A stretch of 63,936 bases of DNA, filler included, from Octopus bimaculoides (lineage: Eukaryota), in the NCBI RefSeq assembly GCF_001194135.2. It is 5 parts of 4 records of this genome, joined end to end, with 100 filler letters (N's around TTAATTAATTAA, not from the genome) between each part and the next. Parts side by side here need not be neighbours in the genome. Positions count along the whole stretch, not along the records: positions 11,898 to 24,657 come from NC_069002.1; positions 24,758 to 52,539 come from NC_068989.1; 3 more parts are not named here. The stretch is one strand, 5' to 3'. The notes under the pieces were generated by a model. It worked only from the letters and a program-made list of their open reading frames with translations. It had not been told where the DNA came from and searched no databases. A program made the translations under genes and the position numbers. This document shows, piece after piece, positions 12,533 through 25,647 of this stretch (position 1 is the stretch's first letter; each line of letters opens with the position of its first letter).

Positions 12533-12839
12533 TATGAGGATATGTCTGTGAAGAAAGTGTTTATGACAAATCGTGTTCAATGAATATATTCTAATCTCTC
12601 TCTCTCTCTCTCTCTCTTACACTTTCTATCTTTATGTTCATATTTCTATATGCTCGCACGCATGTGTGTGTGTGTATTTGCTTCCAGTGCCAAAACCTAT
12701 TATCACCAAAACAGGCGAAATGTATGTATGTGTCAATAGACACAGGGATTGATCATTTGGGTTGATGTAGTCGACGTCCCCACCTTCTCTAAAATCGTTG
12801 GTTTTGTGTCCAGATTAGACACAATCATCATTTGCCTCA

Positions 12840-13055
12840 AGGCAGCGAGCTGGCAGAACCGTTAACACGCCAGGCAAATTGCTTAATTGCGTTTCGTCCG
12901 TCGTTACGTTCTGCGTTCAAATTCCGCCGAGGTTCACTTTGCCTTTCTATTTTCAGGGTCAATAAAATAATGCCAATTGAGTACTAGGTCCGTGTAATCG
13001 ACTTATTTCCTCCCTCCAAAATTTCAGGCCTTGTGACTATAATAGAAAGGATTAT
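12840..13055 (+). mobile_element. SINE family A
   Basis: Full head-core-tail match to the other family A copies. Confidence 0.85.
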
Positions 13056-14214
13056 CATTATTATTATTATCTGGTGTCGTTGGTTCCTATTTTATTCTTC
13101 TTGTAGAACGTATGGAGACTGGGAAGGGGGTCTTTTGTTTTATTTCCTTTTTTTTTAATTCTGAAATACCTTAATAGGGCTGTAAATATTAAATTATATA
13201 TTTATAAAAAAACTCTTTGTCAAATCATTGGTCGTTAAATGTTTTTCTTTGTCTTTTTTTTGTAAGAAATACAAAGAAAAATAGACAAAATTGTAACAGT
13301 ATTTTGTAAAAATCAACATAAATTGAAACAATTTAAGTTGTCAAAAATAAAATAAACAAATAAAAATGAATACAATATACTTCTGTGTCTTGTTTTTACT
13401 TGACTTTGCCTTTCATCTTTTGGGTAATCCATCTGTTCCCTTCTATCAGGTTCACTCAGCTGTAGAATTGAGTTACGACATCACTGGAGCCATGCTGTGT
13501 CGATAATTACCTTTCCTTTGGATATCATCGGTGGCGTGGAGAAGTGAGACTAGTATGCATGGGCGATTACTGGTCTTCTATAAACAACCTTGCCCAGACT
13601 TGTGCCTCAGAGAGTAACTTTCTAGGTGCAATCCTATGGTCATTCATGACTGAAAGGGGTCTTTACCCTTTCACATTTTAAAGGAGATAGGATGCAGTTT
13701 GAAAACGACTTGGCTGCTATCTCTAGCAGGTCAAGATACAGATACCGGCCCGATTGTAGGGTGAGATAGAATTACAACAAGGACAACTCTCAAGTATACG
13801 GGAAAATAACTTGAGTATTTAGTCCTCCTTAAATGCGAAGATGACCATGATGCTGAATGGATATTCACACTTGGTATACTGTGTGTAAAAGAAACGCAGG
13901 ACATCACCCTCGAGAGGGGAGTTAGGCTTGTCGTAACTGTTAATGTGCTGACATGTACTGAAACTGCGTCACCTCCAGAGATCCCTCGACGATGAACAGA
14001 TCTGGGCTATAATCTGGGGAGCACGACTTTCCTCACCTCGCTTGTGAAAAGGCCCCAGTTGCAGCTCTGGATCAAGCAAAGACCACAACTGAGTGTCTGA
14101 TATTTGGAACGAAGCCAGGTGCCTCGTTCTCTATCAATCGAACAAAGCGGCCGGTGGACCTTTCATATTAACAGTTGACAGAACACTGGTGATGAGGAAA
14201 AATGATGAGATTCT

Positions 14215-14905
14215 TAAGGAAAGACTTCACGTCAACAAGAGAACCCAAGTCTTTGTTTATCTATTTCGTGTACAGTTTCAGTTCATCTATACGTAGCAGA
14301 TGGTCTATCTTCAGCCTGGTTTTAACGAGCTCATAAATCTAGAATTTCTTAGTATGCTTATCAGAGGAACTAACGCAATCACGAGAAGCAACAAAGAACG
14401 CGAGTCTCCCTAAAATATTCGCCTCCGTATTTTCACACTTACTAATGTTTCATTTACTCCTGTTACTTCTACTTCTCATGATTTTACACCCGCCTTTTTT
14501 TCCCCCCTAAATAGTTGTTAACCTTTTCATTGGCCCCGAGTATCCTCAGGCACTCTAAAAGCCGACTTCAATTTTCTGTAGGTTCTCGAATTCTTTCTTG
14601 AAATCTATTCAACCAACAATTTATCTTTCTTATTCGTACCTCACTTAGAATCCTGCTCCGTTATACAATACATCAACAGCCCCATCCCTCTTATTTCTTT
14701 CCTGCATTCCTTTTATTCTTCTGCTAATAGATGCACGCTTCACCAGTGTCCTTTCTTTTCTCACTCATGTTGGTGTTTCATTTTCCATACGAGCAAAAGA
14801 ATTAAACGGTGCTATTTAACCGTGTACACTTCTGAGATTTTTAACCCAGAATCCAAGAACACCACCGGGTCCAGAAGCTTTCCAATTTCGTACCTTTTAA
14901 AGTAC
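14215..14905 (-). mobile_element. Decayed R4/Dong-like non-LTR retrotransposon, RT domain
   Basis: Manual translation gives NWKASGPGGVLGFWVKN (cf. NWKAPGPDG), IRRRIF*GDSRSLLLLVIALVPL (cf. IRRGIFQGDSLSPLLF) and KIDHLLRIDELKLY (cf. INHLLYMDDLKLY). Confidence 0.8.
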
Positions 14906-15004
14906 GTCTTTCCCATTTTATTCTGTAATACTTATATTTTCTTGTCTTTACTTATTTTCCATTTCACCTTTAAATTTTCTTAACCAATCTGCTTCTCTGT
15001 TATG

Positions 15005-15067
15005 TTGAACCTCATTGCTCCAAAATTGAACCTCATTGCTCCAAAGTTGAACGTCATTGCTCCAAAG
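15005..15067. repeat. 21-bp tandem repeat x3 (TTGAACCTCATTGCTCCAAAG)
   Basis: Three near-identical adjacent units. Confidence 0.9.
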
Positions 15068-15429
15068 CTGGTAATCTCGTTTCATCACTAATTCTTGTCT
15101 CATTTAAACTTTTGAAATAAGCCTATTTTCCTCCTTTGTAACATCCTGTCCTTCCATGAATTCAGATTTATTTTAAACCTTAACTTCTATTTCTTTCTGA
15201 TGATTCATGTCCATTTCTGCTATTTCTGGTTCCCTTTCCATTTCTACGTAGCTTTGTTCTTCATCTTTTTTTCTTCTTTTTATCTTTTTGCTTATTTTAG
15301 TCATTAGACTGTGGCTATGCTGAAGTACCACCTTGAGGGGTTTTAGCTGAACAAATCAACCCCCAGGACTTATTTTTTAAGCCTAGTACTTATTCTATCG
15401 GCCTCTGCTAAACCGCTATGCAGGAATTT

Positions 15430-16057
15430 ATTGACATTCAGGAATTTATTGTTCCGTGAAATGATAGAAGCATCAGACCTGCCAAAGTACAGAACGCGTG
15501 GACGTCCCCACGCCGGACTCTTTCCTCACTGCATGGTGAAAGGACGTAGACATTTTCCACGACTGTTTCCCCCACCGCCAAATGCTTCAAAGAGATGCAC
15601 AGTATGTAAAGCAAAAGGGAAACGTGATGTGCCACTGTCTGCTGGTACCCTGTTTTGAACTCTACCACAAAAAAGTCAAATTTTGAATTCACGTGATTGT
15701 AAATACATGAAGTTGATCTGACTTGTGCTGTCGAGTGATTTTATTCAGGAATAATACTGCATGAGCCGTCCTGCACAGGGATATAGTTTAGCTAAATAAA
15801 CAGCACTTGCACTAAAGCAGTTGACGTAAATATACGATGAACGTTATCCCATACTGAGTGCTGACCTCAATCGGCGCGATTACCGTTGCCGCGCACAAGC
15901 AAGCGAATGAGTCACCGCCATAAACATGATTAAAGCGGTTGATGTAAATGTACGCCGAAACATTGTCGTGCGCTAATTGCTGATCTCAGCCGAGATGATT
16001 ACCGTCAACGCAACCTAGTTGCTTGATAAACAAAAAAAAAACGTTGTCATGGGTTAA
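15430..16057 (+). mobile_element. piggyBac remnant: C-terminal cysteine-rich domain plus right end
   Basis: RHFP...KRCTVCKAKGKR then, after a frameshift, CLLVPCFELYHKKVKF*. Two ~118-bp subterminal direct repeats at ~15820-16020. Ends in GGG|TTAA at 16051-16057. Confidence 0.8.
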
Positions 16058-16317
16058 ACCATATGGCTGAGAAGCAAACTCCTTACCATTCAGCCATTGT
16101 TTTAAGGATCTCTTCCTTCCAGCTACAACTGAGACCGCCATTGTTTTCCATTTTCAACATTTTTTTTTTTTTTCATTTCTTCTTTTTTTTTCATTTTCGT
16201 CTTTTGGGATATTATTCGTTCTTGAAATCTATATGGTTACTGTTTTTTTGTTTTGTTTTTTTCTTTTCACCCGCTCATTGCATTGTCATTTATTGGTTAA
16301 TAAAGTAAACATTATAT

Positions 16318-16490
16318 AGGCGTAGGAATGGCTGTGTGGTAAGTAGCTTGCTTACCAACAACATGGTTCCGGGCTCAGTCCCACTGCGTGTCACTTTGGG
16401 CAAGTGTCTTCTACTATAGCCTCGGGCCGACCAAAGCCTTGTGAGTGGATTTGGTTGACGGAAACTGAAAGAAGCCCGTCGTATATATGC
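16318..16490 (+). mobile_element. SINE family B head (tRNA-like plus CORE-like TTGGGCAAGTGTCTT)
   Basis: Matches the reverse complement of many minus-strand copies in the window. Confidence 0.85.
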
Positions 16491-16524
<34 letters not shown>

Positions 16525-16904
16525 ATACGAGACGAGTTTGAGTGAGTTTTATATCAATACAAAAAACAAACAACACAAAAGAAAACAAAACAACCAGCCA
16601 ACAATGTAGTTACAGTAAAGTGTTCTTACATATATTACGTCGCCGGATGTGACATTTAGAAATTAGTAAAACACCGGAAACGATCTAGCTTTGACACACG
16701 ACATTCTGACGTGCGCTTCCTACAGACTGTCGCTTAAGTCAAACATAAGTGTGTATTCTTTTTTCATTCATTTTCAAACAGTGCAGATTGCTGTTGACTA
16801 TATTATATCTGCTAATTACTTCACATATTTATGTAAACCATATGTTGTCACATGCCTGGCTGTCGCTTTGTTTCTGTTATGATATGTTTTTTTTTTCTGC
16901 ATAT

Positions 16905-17095
16905 AGGCACAAGACCTGAAATTAGGCGGTAAGGGGTCAGTCAATTACATTGACCCCAGTGCTCGGTTGGTACTTATTTTATCGACCCCTGCAAGGATGA
17001 AAGGCAAAGACGACTTCGGAGGTATTCGGACTGAGGACACAAAGCCAGAAGAAATGCTGCAAAGCAGTTTGCCCGACGATCTAACGACTCCACCA
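16905..17095 (-). mobile_element. SINE family A
   Basis: Reverse complement of the family A core (GGTACTTATTTTATCGACCCC..GGATGAAAGGCAAAG). Confidence 0.8.
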
Positions 17096-17339
17096 GTTCA
17101 CTGCCTTACTTGTGGTTGTAGACACAAGACTTGGAAATTGGTGGGAGGGCGCTAGCCGATTACATCGACCTCACTGTTCAGCAAAAAATGGGACAAAAAC
17201 GCAAAACACCCAGACAGTTAGATGATACAAAAAAGGGACAACAAAACATCCAGACAGACGATACAAAAAAACAAGGATGGGTCATTTCGGAGTTTTCTTT
17301 CTTCAGTCGAGTTCCAGATTATCTTAGCAATCTCGAGTA

Positions 17340-17625
17340 TAACCAGCCGAAATTGTTTTTATTCATGGAAGATGGGATGCCATACCACACAGCGAAAAGG
17401 AATCAACAATGGCTGACAGCAAATAGGAACAAAAAGCTTCCTTGGCTGAGCCAATCTCCAGACATGAACCCAATTGAAAATCTTTGGAGCATACTAGATA
17501 AAGCTATACGAAAAACTCGACAGAAACCTAAATCTAAAGATGAATTGTTTCGATTGTTGCGTGAAAAGTGGGTAGAAATTCCAAAACAGACAATCACAAA
17601 GCTCATCAGTTCAATGGCATGCCTG
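17340..17625 (+). mobile_element. Tc1-like (DD34E) transposase C-terminal fragment
   Basis: FMEDGMPYHTAK...WLSQSPDMNPIENLW. D at 17371 and E at 17476 are separated by exactly 34 residues. N-terminal half absent. Confidence 0.88.
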
Positions 17626-18159
17626 TGTATATATATATATATATATATCACGGAAGGGAGAACTTCGAAATAACTTCAAGAAATCACGAAATGTTGAAGA
17701 GGGATACTAGAAAGGGTGTGCATGTTATATGTCCGGCAAACGTTAGTGACCTAGAATTAAGCTAACATGCGATGTACGTGGGAAAGTTCGCTTTTGCGTG
17801 ATGACCAATAAGTGGCTTCTGTTGCTGTTATTGTTGTGTGAAGTGGGGGTNNNNNNNNNNNNNNNNNNNNNNNNNNNNNNNNNNNNNNNNNNNNNNNNNN
17901 NNNNNNNNNNNNNNNNNNNNNNNNNNNNNNNNNNNNNNNNNNNNNNNNNNNNNNNNNNNNNNNNNNNNNNNNNNNNNNNNNNNNNNNNNNNNNNNNNNNN
18001 NNNNNNNNNNNNNNNNNNNNNNNNNNNNNNNNNNNNNNNNNNNNNNNNNNNNNNNNNNNNNNNNNNNNNNNNNNNNNNNNNNNNNNNNNNNNNNNNNNNN
18101 NNGTGTTTGCCACCTTGGAATCCTCTGTGTAGTGGGTTGATCCACTACTCAGGAAGAGA

Positions 18160-18377
18160 CTATTCTAGAGTACATTCTGTCTTATCTTCGAAACGTCAGG
18201 TTAGAATAGAGACAGCTGATGAAGGAATATTCCAAGTGGCTTTCCGTTTTCCTGTGTTCGTTCCGTTGTCTGTAGTTCATTGTTCTAACGTCCTGTACCC
18301 TGATATGCATATATATATACACATGTAGATGTAAGTATGTACATATATGTGTGTATACATGTATATATATTCTTTGT

Positions 18378-18408
<31 letters not shown>

Positions 18409-18562
18409 GTATGTATGTATGTATATAGATATGCATATATGGGTACAGGACGTCACAAAACGTAAACATCATGAAATACGAAAATAAAGTTGGGTACGCA
18501 AACAATGAGAGAAACGAATGGAAAACAAGACAAGTAACATAAAGAACGACCCTTCATCAGTT
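18160..18562. mobile_element. Two related repeat fragments in divergent orientation sharing a GGGTACAGGACGT terminus; a further copy at ~21144-21305
   Basis: ACGTCCTGTACCC at 18288-18300 and GGGTACAGGACGT at 18441-18453 flank a microsatellite. The ACGACCCTTCATCAGT tail is shared by ~18547 and ~21267. Confidence 0.6.
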
Positions 18563-18742
18563 ACATACACATATATATATATCTTTCCTTTCCAGAGCGT
18601 CCAATAATACTATCCATATCACGTCCTCACTTTGTTGTTTTTTTGTTATTGTTTTTTTGAACTTATATATATATATACATATATACATATATATATATGT
18701 GTGTGTGTATATGTATATAAATGTATGCATGCATATGTATAT

Positions 18743-18790
<48 letters not shown>

Positions 18791-19137
18791 GTGCATAGAT
18801 ATGTATGTATGTATGTATGTATGTATATATACACACATCTATATATACATATGTATGCAATATATATACATACATATATAATATAGTTCCTTGTGCTTTA
18901 ATGTTTCTTTGTATCAAGAAACGTGTATAGTGATATGACAGAGAGAGAGAGAGTGGGAGAGAGTCAGAGAAAGTGAATGAGAGAGAGAGAGAGAGAGTGA
19001 GAGTGAGAGTGTGTGCGTACTGAATGGGAGAGGTGTTGTGAGCAGGATAAGGAGAAAGATAGAGAAAAATGTATGGAATGTAAGCCAGCAACCTAGTAAG
19101 TAACGAGTGACTGCCTCACCTTCTAAATGTAAGAGAA

Positions 19138-19196
<59 letters not shown>

Positions 19197-19462
19197 AAGA
19201 GAGACAGAGAGAGAGACAGAGACAGATAGACAGACAGACAGACAGACAAACTGGCGGACAGACAGAGGACATAATTTGACAAATTATATTAATTTTTACC
19301 GTTCTGCAATAAAGACATCGGATCTATTTCAAAACGGGGGCACCAGTTTTCATTTGTCTCAAACTTCGTATACTTATCTATTTTGTGTTATAGAACAGAA
19401 AAAAAAATTTGTATTCGAATTTATTTCATGTAAAAAATTGTCTTATTTCGATAATTTCTACT

Positions 19463-19771
19463 AATCACTGACGTCTATTCAGTTGAAAACAGTTAACGCT
19501 GTAACGGTGTATATCGTATTAATCCCCTAACCCTAACCCTAACCCTAACTAGACTGTTAACCCTAACCTTAACCCTAACCTTAAAACTAACCCTAACTCT
19601 AGAATCCGAACTCTAAAGTTGTTACACACATAGATACGCACAGCGTAATTTATTATATAAACAATATATGCGTATAAATTACGATTAAACCGGATGAAAT
19701 ATGTCACAGGGAATAACATTTTTATGACCGCCCAGCAGTAACTCTATTCAGCTGAATAGACGTCAGTGATT
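19463..19771. mobile_element. Inverted-repeat-bounded module containing telomere-type (CCCTAA)n
   Basis: 25-bp inverted repeat (19463-19487 / 19747-19771, one mismatch). CCCTAA x4 at 19525-19548 plus degenerate units to ~19596. Confidence 0.65.
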
Positions 19772-19949
19772 GGTTGAAATTACAGAAATACGACAACTTT
19801 AACATGGAATAACTTGCGATGTACGTTTTTTTGTTAAGAAGACTAAGAGTAAAAGATGTTTTATATGACACATTCTACCAGTGTCCCAAGTTTCAAAGTG
19901 TTTCGTTAGTGTTTCGTCATTTATGTGTGTATACACACACACACATATA

Positions 19950-20305
19950 TTACTCTTTTACTTGTTTCAGTCATCGACCCCAGCACTTATTCTTTTTAAG
20001 CTTAGTACTTATTCTATCGGTCTCTTTTGCCGAACCGCTAAGTTACGGGGACGCAAACACACCACCATCGGTTGTCAAGCGATGTTGGGGGGATAAACAG
20101 ACACACAAACATATACACGCACATACATATATATACATATATACGACGGGCTTCTTTCAGTTTCCGTCTACCAAATCCACTCAAAAGGCTTTGGTCGGCC
20201 CGTGGCTATAGTAGAAGACACTTGCCCAAGGTGCCACACAGTGGGACTGAACCCAGAACCATGTGGTTGGTATGCAATCTACTTACGACACAGCCTCTCC
20301 TGCGC
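19950..20305 (-). mobile_element. SINE family B, near full length
   Basis: Head, CORE-like segment, internal (TA/CA)n and tail all present. Confidence 0.88.
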
Positions 20306-21377
20306 CTATATATATATACATTTATATATATATGTGCGTGTGTCTTTTTGTGTGTATGTGTGTGTATATATGCATGTATGTATATTTGTATGTATGTGTG
20401 TATATGAGGATGTGTATGTGTCTGTGCGTCTATATATGTATCCGTACATACACTGACACACAGAAACACGCACGTGCGCGTATACGTTTTTCGGTTGTGT
20501 GGTGTGTTGTCTGGGAAAATTATCAACAGGATTGGTCGCAATCGCTTGTCATATTAAGATCACCCCACAACAAATGTGTGCGTGCGTTTGTGCGCGCGCG
20601 CGCGTGTAGCTGTTACTGAGAATAATTACATATATGTAAATATCTTATTTCAATCCAAGTATTGAATGATTAATCAAATGGTCTTTATATCTGCGTCATA
20701 AAATTTCATACATTAAGATATATATACATATATATGTGTGTGTGTGCGTGTATATACATTTATGCATATGTATATATATTATATATATATATATGTACAT
20801 ACACACACACATATATAATTATGTGTGAACTCTGCCACAAACATGTCAGTGAATATAGATTCTATATGTTAAGACAGGTAAATGACATTGTATGATAGTA
20901 AATGTTGTTCCATGCCGTCGCCGGATATCCTGTTTGTGTGTAACGTTGAATAGCTTACGGAATTGTGCAATCAGAGAAAAAGAAATGAACAGGTCTAATA
21001 TATTAATAATTCACTCACTACCGAGAGCTGACACCCAGGTTTGTTGACTGTGCACAAATACAAACGTATACAGTTGTGTATATGCATATGCATATATACA
21101 TACATATATGTGCATACTTATATATGTATATGCATATGCATACATGGGCACAGCACGTCACAGAACGTAAGCAACATGAAATACGAAATACGAAAACATG
21201 GAATCCGAACTTTTTTTTGCGATCAACGAGAGAAACAAATGGAAAACAAGACAAGCAACATAAAAAACGACCCTTCATCAGTCGTCGGCTGTTTTTCTAC
21301 TTCGTATTTCGTGTACACACACACACACACATACACACACACATACACACACATATACACACACACATATATATTTA

Positions 21378-21408
<31 letters not shown>

Positions 21409-21443
21409 TATACTTTATTTAAAAGCAGCAGAAATATAACAAA

Positions 21444-21489
21444 AAAACCGTTACTCTGAGTTTCACGTTCCCGTTCATCGGACAGTTTT
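21444..21489 (-). ncRNA. Type I hammerhead ribozyme-like motif with CCGAUGA core variant (copy 1)
   Basis: AAAACUGU-CCGAUGA-ACG(GGAA)CGU-GAAA-CUC(A)GAG-U-A-ACGGUUUU. Stem I 8 bp, extendable to the gap edge. GUA cleavage triplet. Confidence 0.7.
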
Positions 21490-22947
21490 GTTATATTNNN
21501 NNNNNNNNNNNNNNNNNNNNNNNNNNNNNNNNNNNNNNNNNNNNNNNNNNNNNNNNNNNNNNNNNNNNNNNNNNNNNNNNNNNNNNNNNNNNNNNNNNNN
21601 NNNNNNNNNNNNNNNNNNNNNNNNNNNNNNNNNNNNNNNNNNNNNNNNNNNNNNNNNNNNNNNNNNNNNNNNNNNNNNNATATAATTATGTGTATTTCTT
21701 CTATCTTAATGAATAAAAATTCTTCTGATAGAATAAATGGGTTAATAGAAACCAATGTAGCAAAGAACACAAAATAATTGTGGTTTAGTTCCTGTTTTTA
21801 AGGCAGGAACTCCTTGAAAGTTTGGGTATTTGAGTATATTTAAGAATTTAAGGAATGGAGAAAACGCATGTTATAATTGCATACTTTATTCCTACATATG
21901 TTTCAAAGGATTACAACCTGTGTGAGCCATAGGGATCTTTGATATTAAAATTGTAACCTTCTCATCAGGGAAAGCATGGGAATCATCTTAAACGTAAGAC
22001 ATTATGACCATATATATATATTACTTTTAAAATTATATAAAAATAATTGAGAATTAAAAGTACAGAAAAAAGAGGCAGAAAAAAAAACAAAAACAGAAAG
22101 AGAAAATTTATAAACATATGACGAGGAAAAGGGTGAGCAAGATTTTGTGTAAGTTTCTTAAATTTAAGATGCAGCGTCGGAGTCCAACTCTTAGTTACAC
22201 GCTGAAAGGAAATGCGTGTGAAATTGGGGGCGCAATGTTTTGAAAATACATAACAGCGTTGTAATTGGCAGATTGTAGGTAGATTAGTGTAGAAAGATAC
22301 ATGCTGGCTTGGCGAATGGGAAGTTGAGATTGCAGATATAAATATATATATATAAAGGCAAAATGAACTGAACTAAACTAAAATAAGCTTTAAAATAAAT
22401 TGTTTTTGTTTCTGTGGGTTGTTTTGAGAACCACCAGACATTTTCGGTTCTTACCTTCTTTTCTACTCTAGGCACAAGACCCGAAATTTTGAGGGAGGGA
22501 GCTAGTTTCCGTAACTTAGCGGTTCAGCAAAAAGAGACCGATGGAATAAGTACTAGGCTTACAAAGAATAAGTCCTGGGGTCGATTTGCTCGACTAAAGG
22601 CGGTGCTCCAGCATGAAACAAGTAAAAGAGTAAAAGAGTAACTCTGAGGAAATGAAATCCTTCTGAGATTTGTGCCCATAACTTTAGACAGACGTAACCA
22701 AATCTCCAAATGTACCTCGATCACGTGTTCTAAAATTTCTAGCATTCCACGCATTTAAAAAAAAAAAATTCAATTTAAATCAACAAGAGAGAGACACTGT
22801 TTAGTAGGTCGATATGCTGTAAATACCAGCTAAACTTCCTTGTTTCATACGTGGCCATCGTAACAAAACAACAAATTCGACAACATACCCACATAAATAA
22901 GTACATACATACATATATACATACATACATGTATACATGCATACTTA

Positions 22948-23100
22948 CAAGCGGAGGCGCGTGGCTTAGTGGTTGGGGGTGTTGGACTCCTGATCGTAAG
23001 ATTGTGGTTTCAGTTCCTGGACCGGGCGTTGCGTTGTGTTCTTTAACAAAACACTTCATTTCGCGTACCCCCAGTTTACTCAGCTGGCACAAATGAGTAA
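22948..23100 (+). mobile_element. SINE family D (tRNA head GCGTGGCTTAGTGG, ..CACTCAGCTGGCA..)
   Basis: Matches copies at ~38545, ~39060 (-) and ~45535. Confidence 0.75.
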
Positions 23101-23147
23101 TGCTGAACGGATGTAAACACTGCTTGACTTGTTTCTCTTTTTCTCTG

Positions 23148-23180
23148 CCCCCTGAAGAAGGATTGAATCCGAAACTTTGG
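23148..23180 (+). ncRNA. Degenerate minimal hammerhead motif
   Basis: CCCC-CTGAAGA-A-GGAT(TGA)ATCC-GAAA-CTTT-GG. Helix III palindrome mutated (ACTT rather than ACGT). Confidence 0.4.
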
Positions 23181-23465
23181 ATATTCCACTCCTTACTGCA
23201 AGTTCACCGTACCCCATGCTGGGGCACCACCTTGGGTTTTTTTTAGTCAAACAAATTGACCCCAGGACTTATTTTTTTTCTTTTAAGGCCTAGTACTTAT
23301 TCCACCGGTCTCTTTTTGCCAAGAACTATGTTGCGGGGACGTAAACACACCAACACCGGTTGTCAAGCGGTGGTGGTGGGACAAGCACAAACACAAAGGC
23401 ACATATAGCGGCCTACACAAACACACACACAAACAGAAATATATATATATATGTATATATATGTG

Positions 23466-23504
<39 letters not shown>

Positions 23505-23508
<4 letters not shown>

Positions 23509-23960
23509 TCTTTTACTTGTTTCAGTCATTTGACTGCGGCCATNNNNNNNNNNATATATATATATATATATATATATATATACTCTTTTACTTGTTTCAG
23601 TCATTTGACTGCGGCCATGCTGGAGCACCGCCTTTAGTCGAGCAAATCGGCCCCAGGACTTATTCTTTTTAAGTCTGGTACTTATTCTATCGTTCTCTTT
23701 TGCCGAACCGCTAAGTTACGGGCACGTAAATACACCAGCATCGGTTGTCAAGCGATGTTGAGAGTACAAACACAGACACACAAACAATGCATATATAGAT
23801 ACAATGGGCTTCTTTCAGTTTCCATCAACGAAATCCATTCACAAGGCTTTTCTCGGCCCGCGGCTTGTAGTACAAGAGAGTTGTCCAAGGTGCCACGCAG
23901 TGGGATTGAACCCGGAACTACGTGGTCGTTCGGGACGCAAACTTCCTACCACACAACTAC
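23505..23960 (-). mobile_element. SINE family B (tail duplicated across a 10-N gap, a likely contig-overlap artefact)
   Basis: Family B sequence; identical ~40 bp on both sides of the gap at 23544-23553. Confidence 0.85.
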
Positions 23961-24389
23961 TAAATAAATAAATGAACAAATGAATAGATAGATACATGAA
24001 TACACTTTTACAATCAGCATGAAATATGTCTTGTAATTACTTCCTAGATTTTAACTTTGTAAGTTATGGCAAGTGTTATAACGTAAGTAAAAAGCTATCG
24101 GGTTTACGAAACGAGGATTTGGTTACAATGAAATTCATAGTCATTTCACTTAAATTTGATGGTGAGGACGTTGGCACGAAGGATATGAATATGTTATATC
24201 TACATTTCTTTAAAATATAGGTCTCAAGATCTAACCAAGCCGACGTTGGTTATACATTAAAAAATGGGATAATGGCTTTAATTTTTGGCACGCGACCAGC
24301 AGTTTTAAATGATGTGTTAAGCCGATTATGTTAATCCCAGAGCTCAACTGGTAAATTATTTTATCGATGCTGAAAGAATGTAAGGCAAA

Positions 24390-24428
<39 letters not shown>

Positions 24429-24657
24429 CATACAATATTAGATATGTACATATATACACAAGGGTATTACACGAGTACCCTTTGGGGAATTTTTTTTGTT
24501 TTTTAGATATGTAATTTGAGTGTATTCACCTGATAAAAACGGGTTATTTCGCATGATGAAAAATCATTAATCAGCAATAAAAAAACACACTTTAGAAACA
24601 GCTGTAGTGAATGAACCACTATCCATCTATTGTTACATATATATATATGTGTATATA

Positions 24658-24757
24658 NNNNNNNNNNNNNNNNNNNNNNNNNNNNNNNNNNNNNNNNNNN
24701 NTTAATTAATTAANNNNNNNNNNNNNNNNNNNNNNNNNNNNNNNNNNNNNNNNNNNN
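24658..24757. other. Artificial assembly spacer 44N-TTAATTAATTAA-44N
   Basis: Same 100-bp structure. Confidence 0.95.
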
Positions 24758-25405
24758 TAAGCTTTCTGTTTGTTATTGTTGAGAATTCAACGCCAGAAAG
24801 GGGTGGTGATGGATTACGGTCGGAGGGGGTTTGGAAGATGAGTGAAATTTTTCCATAAGTAGTGTATGATATCATCCACAGATACATGGATATCAATGAA
24901 TGCATCTATATGCCTGTGTGTGTGTGTGTCTCTCTATACATATGTGTGCACGTGTGGCATGCACACGCGCGTGTATGTGCACATATTGATGTTGGATAAA
25001 TTTGTTCTGTTGCTTAGGGAATTTGTTTTATGTGTGTGTGTCTATGTAAGTACCTGCATCGTGTATGTAGATTATGTTGCACGCATATATGTAATATATG
25101 AGTGTACACATACTCTCAATGTGTCTGCGCACACACACACGCAAGCACACACACACATATGCTTGTGTGTATATGTTTAAATGTACAGGTATGTGCGTAC
25201 ATATACATAGATGCACACACTCAAATATACATAATGTGGATACGTGTACCTGTGACATATTTATACCTGCTATTTTGTGTGTGCGTCTGTGTGTGAGTAT
25301 TTGTGTGTGCATACTATATATAATTTATGTAATATGAGCTATATGATTAAAAATTTTATCAGAGATTTCCACCATAAAACTTCATATACATACGTACATA
25401 TACCT

Positions 25406-25441
<36 letters not shown>

Positions 25442-25604
25442 GCGCACAGATACACACACATCTAGCTCTCTGTCTTATCTATTTCTATATCTATTCTTAA
25501 TGGTTCTTTATTTTGCTACCTATCTCTTCATAATCCAAAATACCACCCCCTTTTCTTCCCTATGGTATTTCTATGTCTAGCTCCTTCTCCTCAGTTAAAC
25601 TTAC

Positions 25605-25647
<43 letters not shown>

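Noticed and set aside
17131-17673. 180-aa ORF as a host gene or domesticated transposase
   Set aside because: Only the C-terminal third of a Tc1 transposase, fused by chance to SINE and microsatellite sequence.
23505-23625. Apparent tandem duplication of a SINE tail
   Set aside because: Identical sequence on both sides of a 10-N gap indicates contig overlap.
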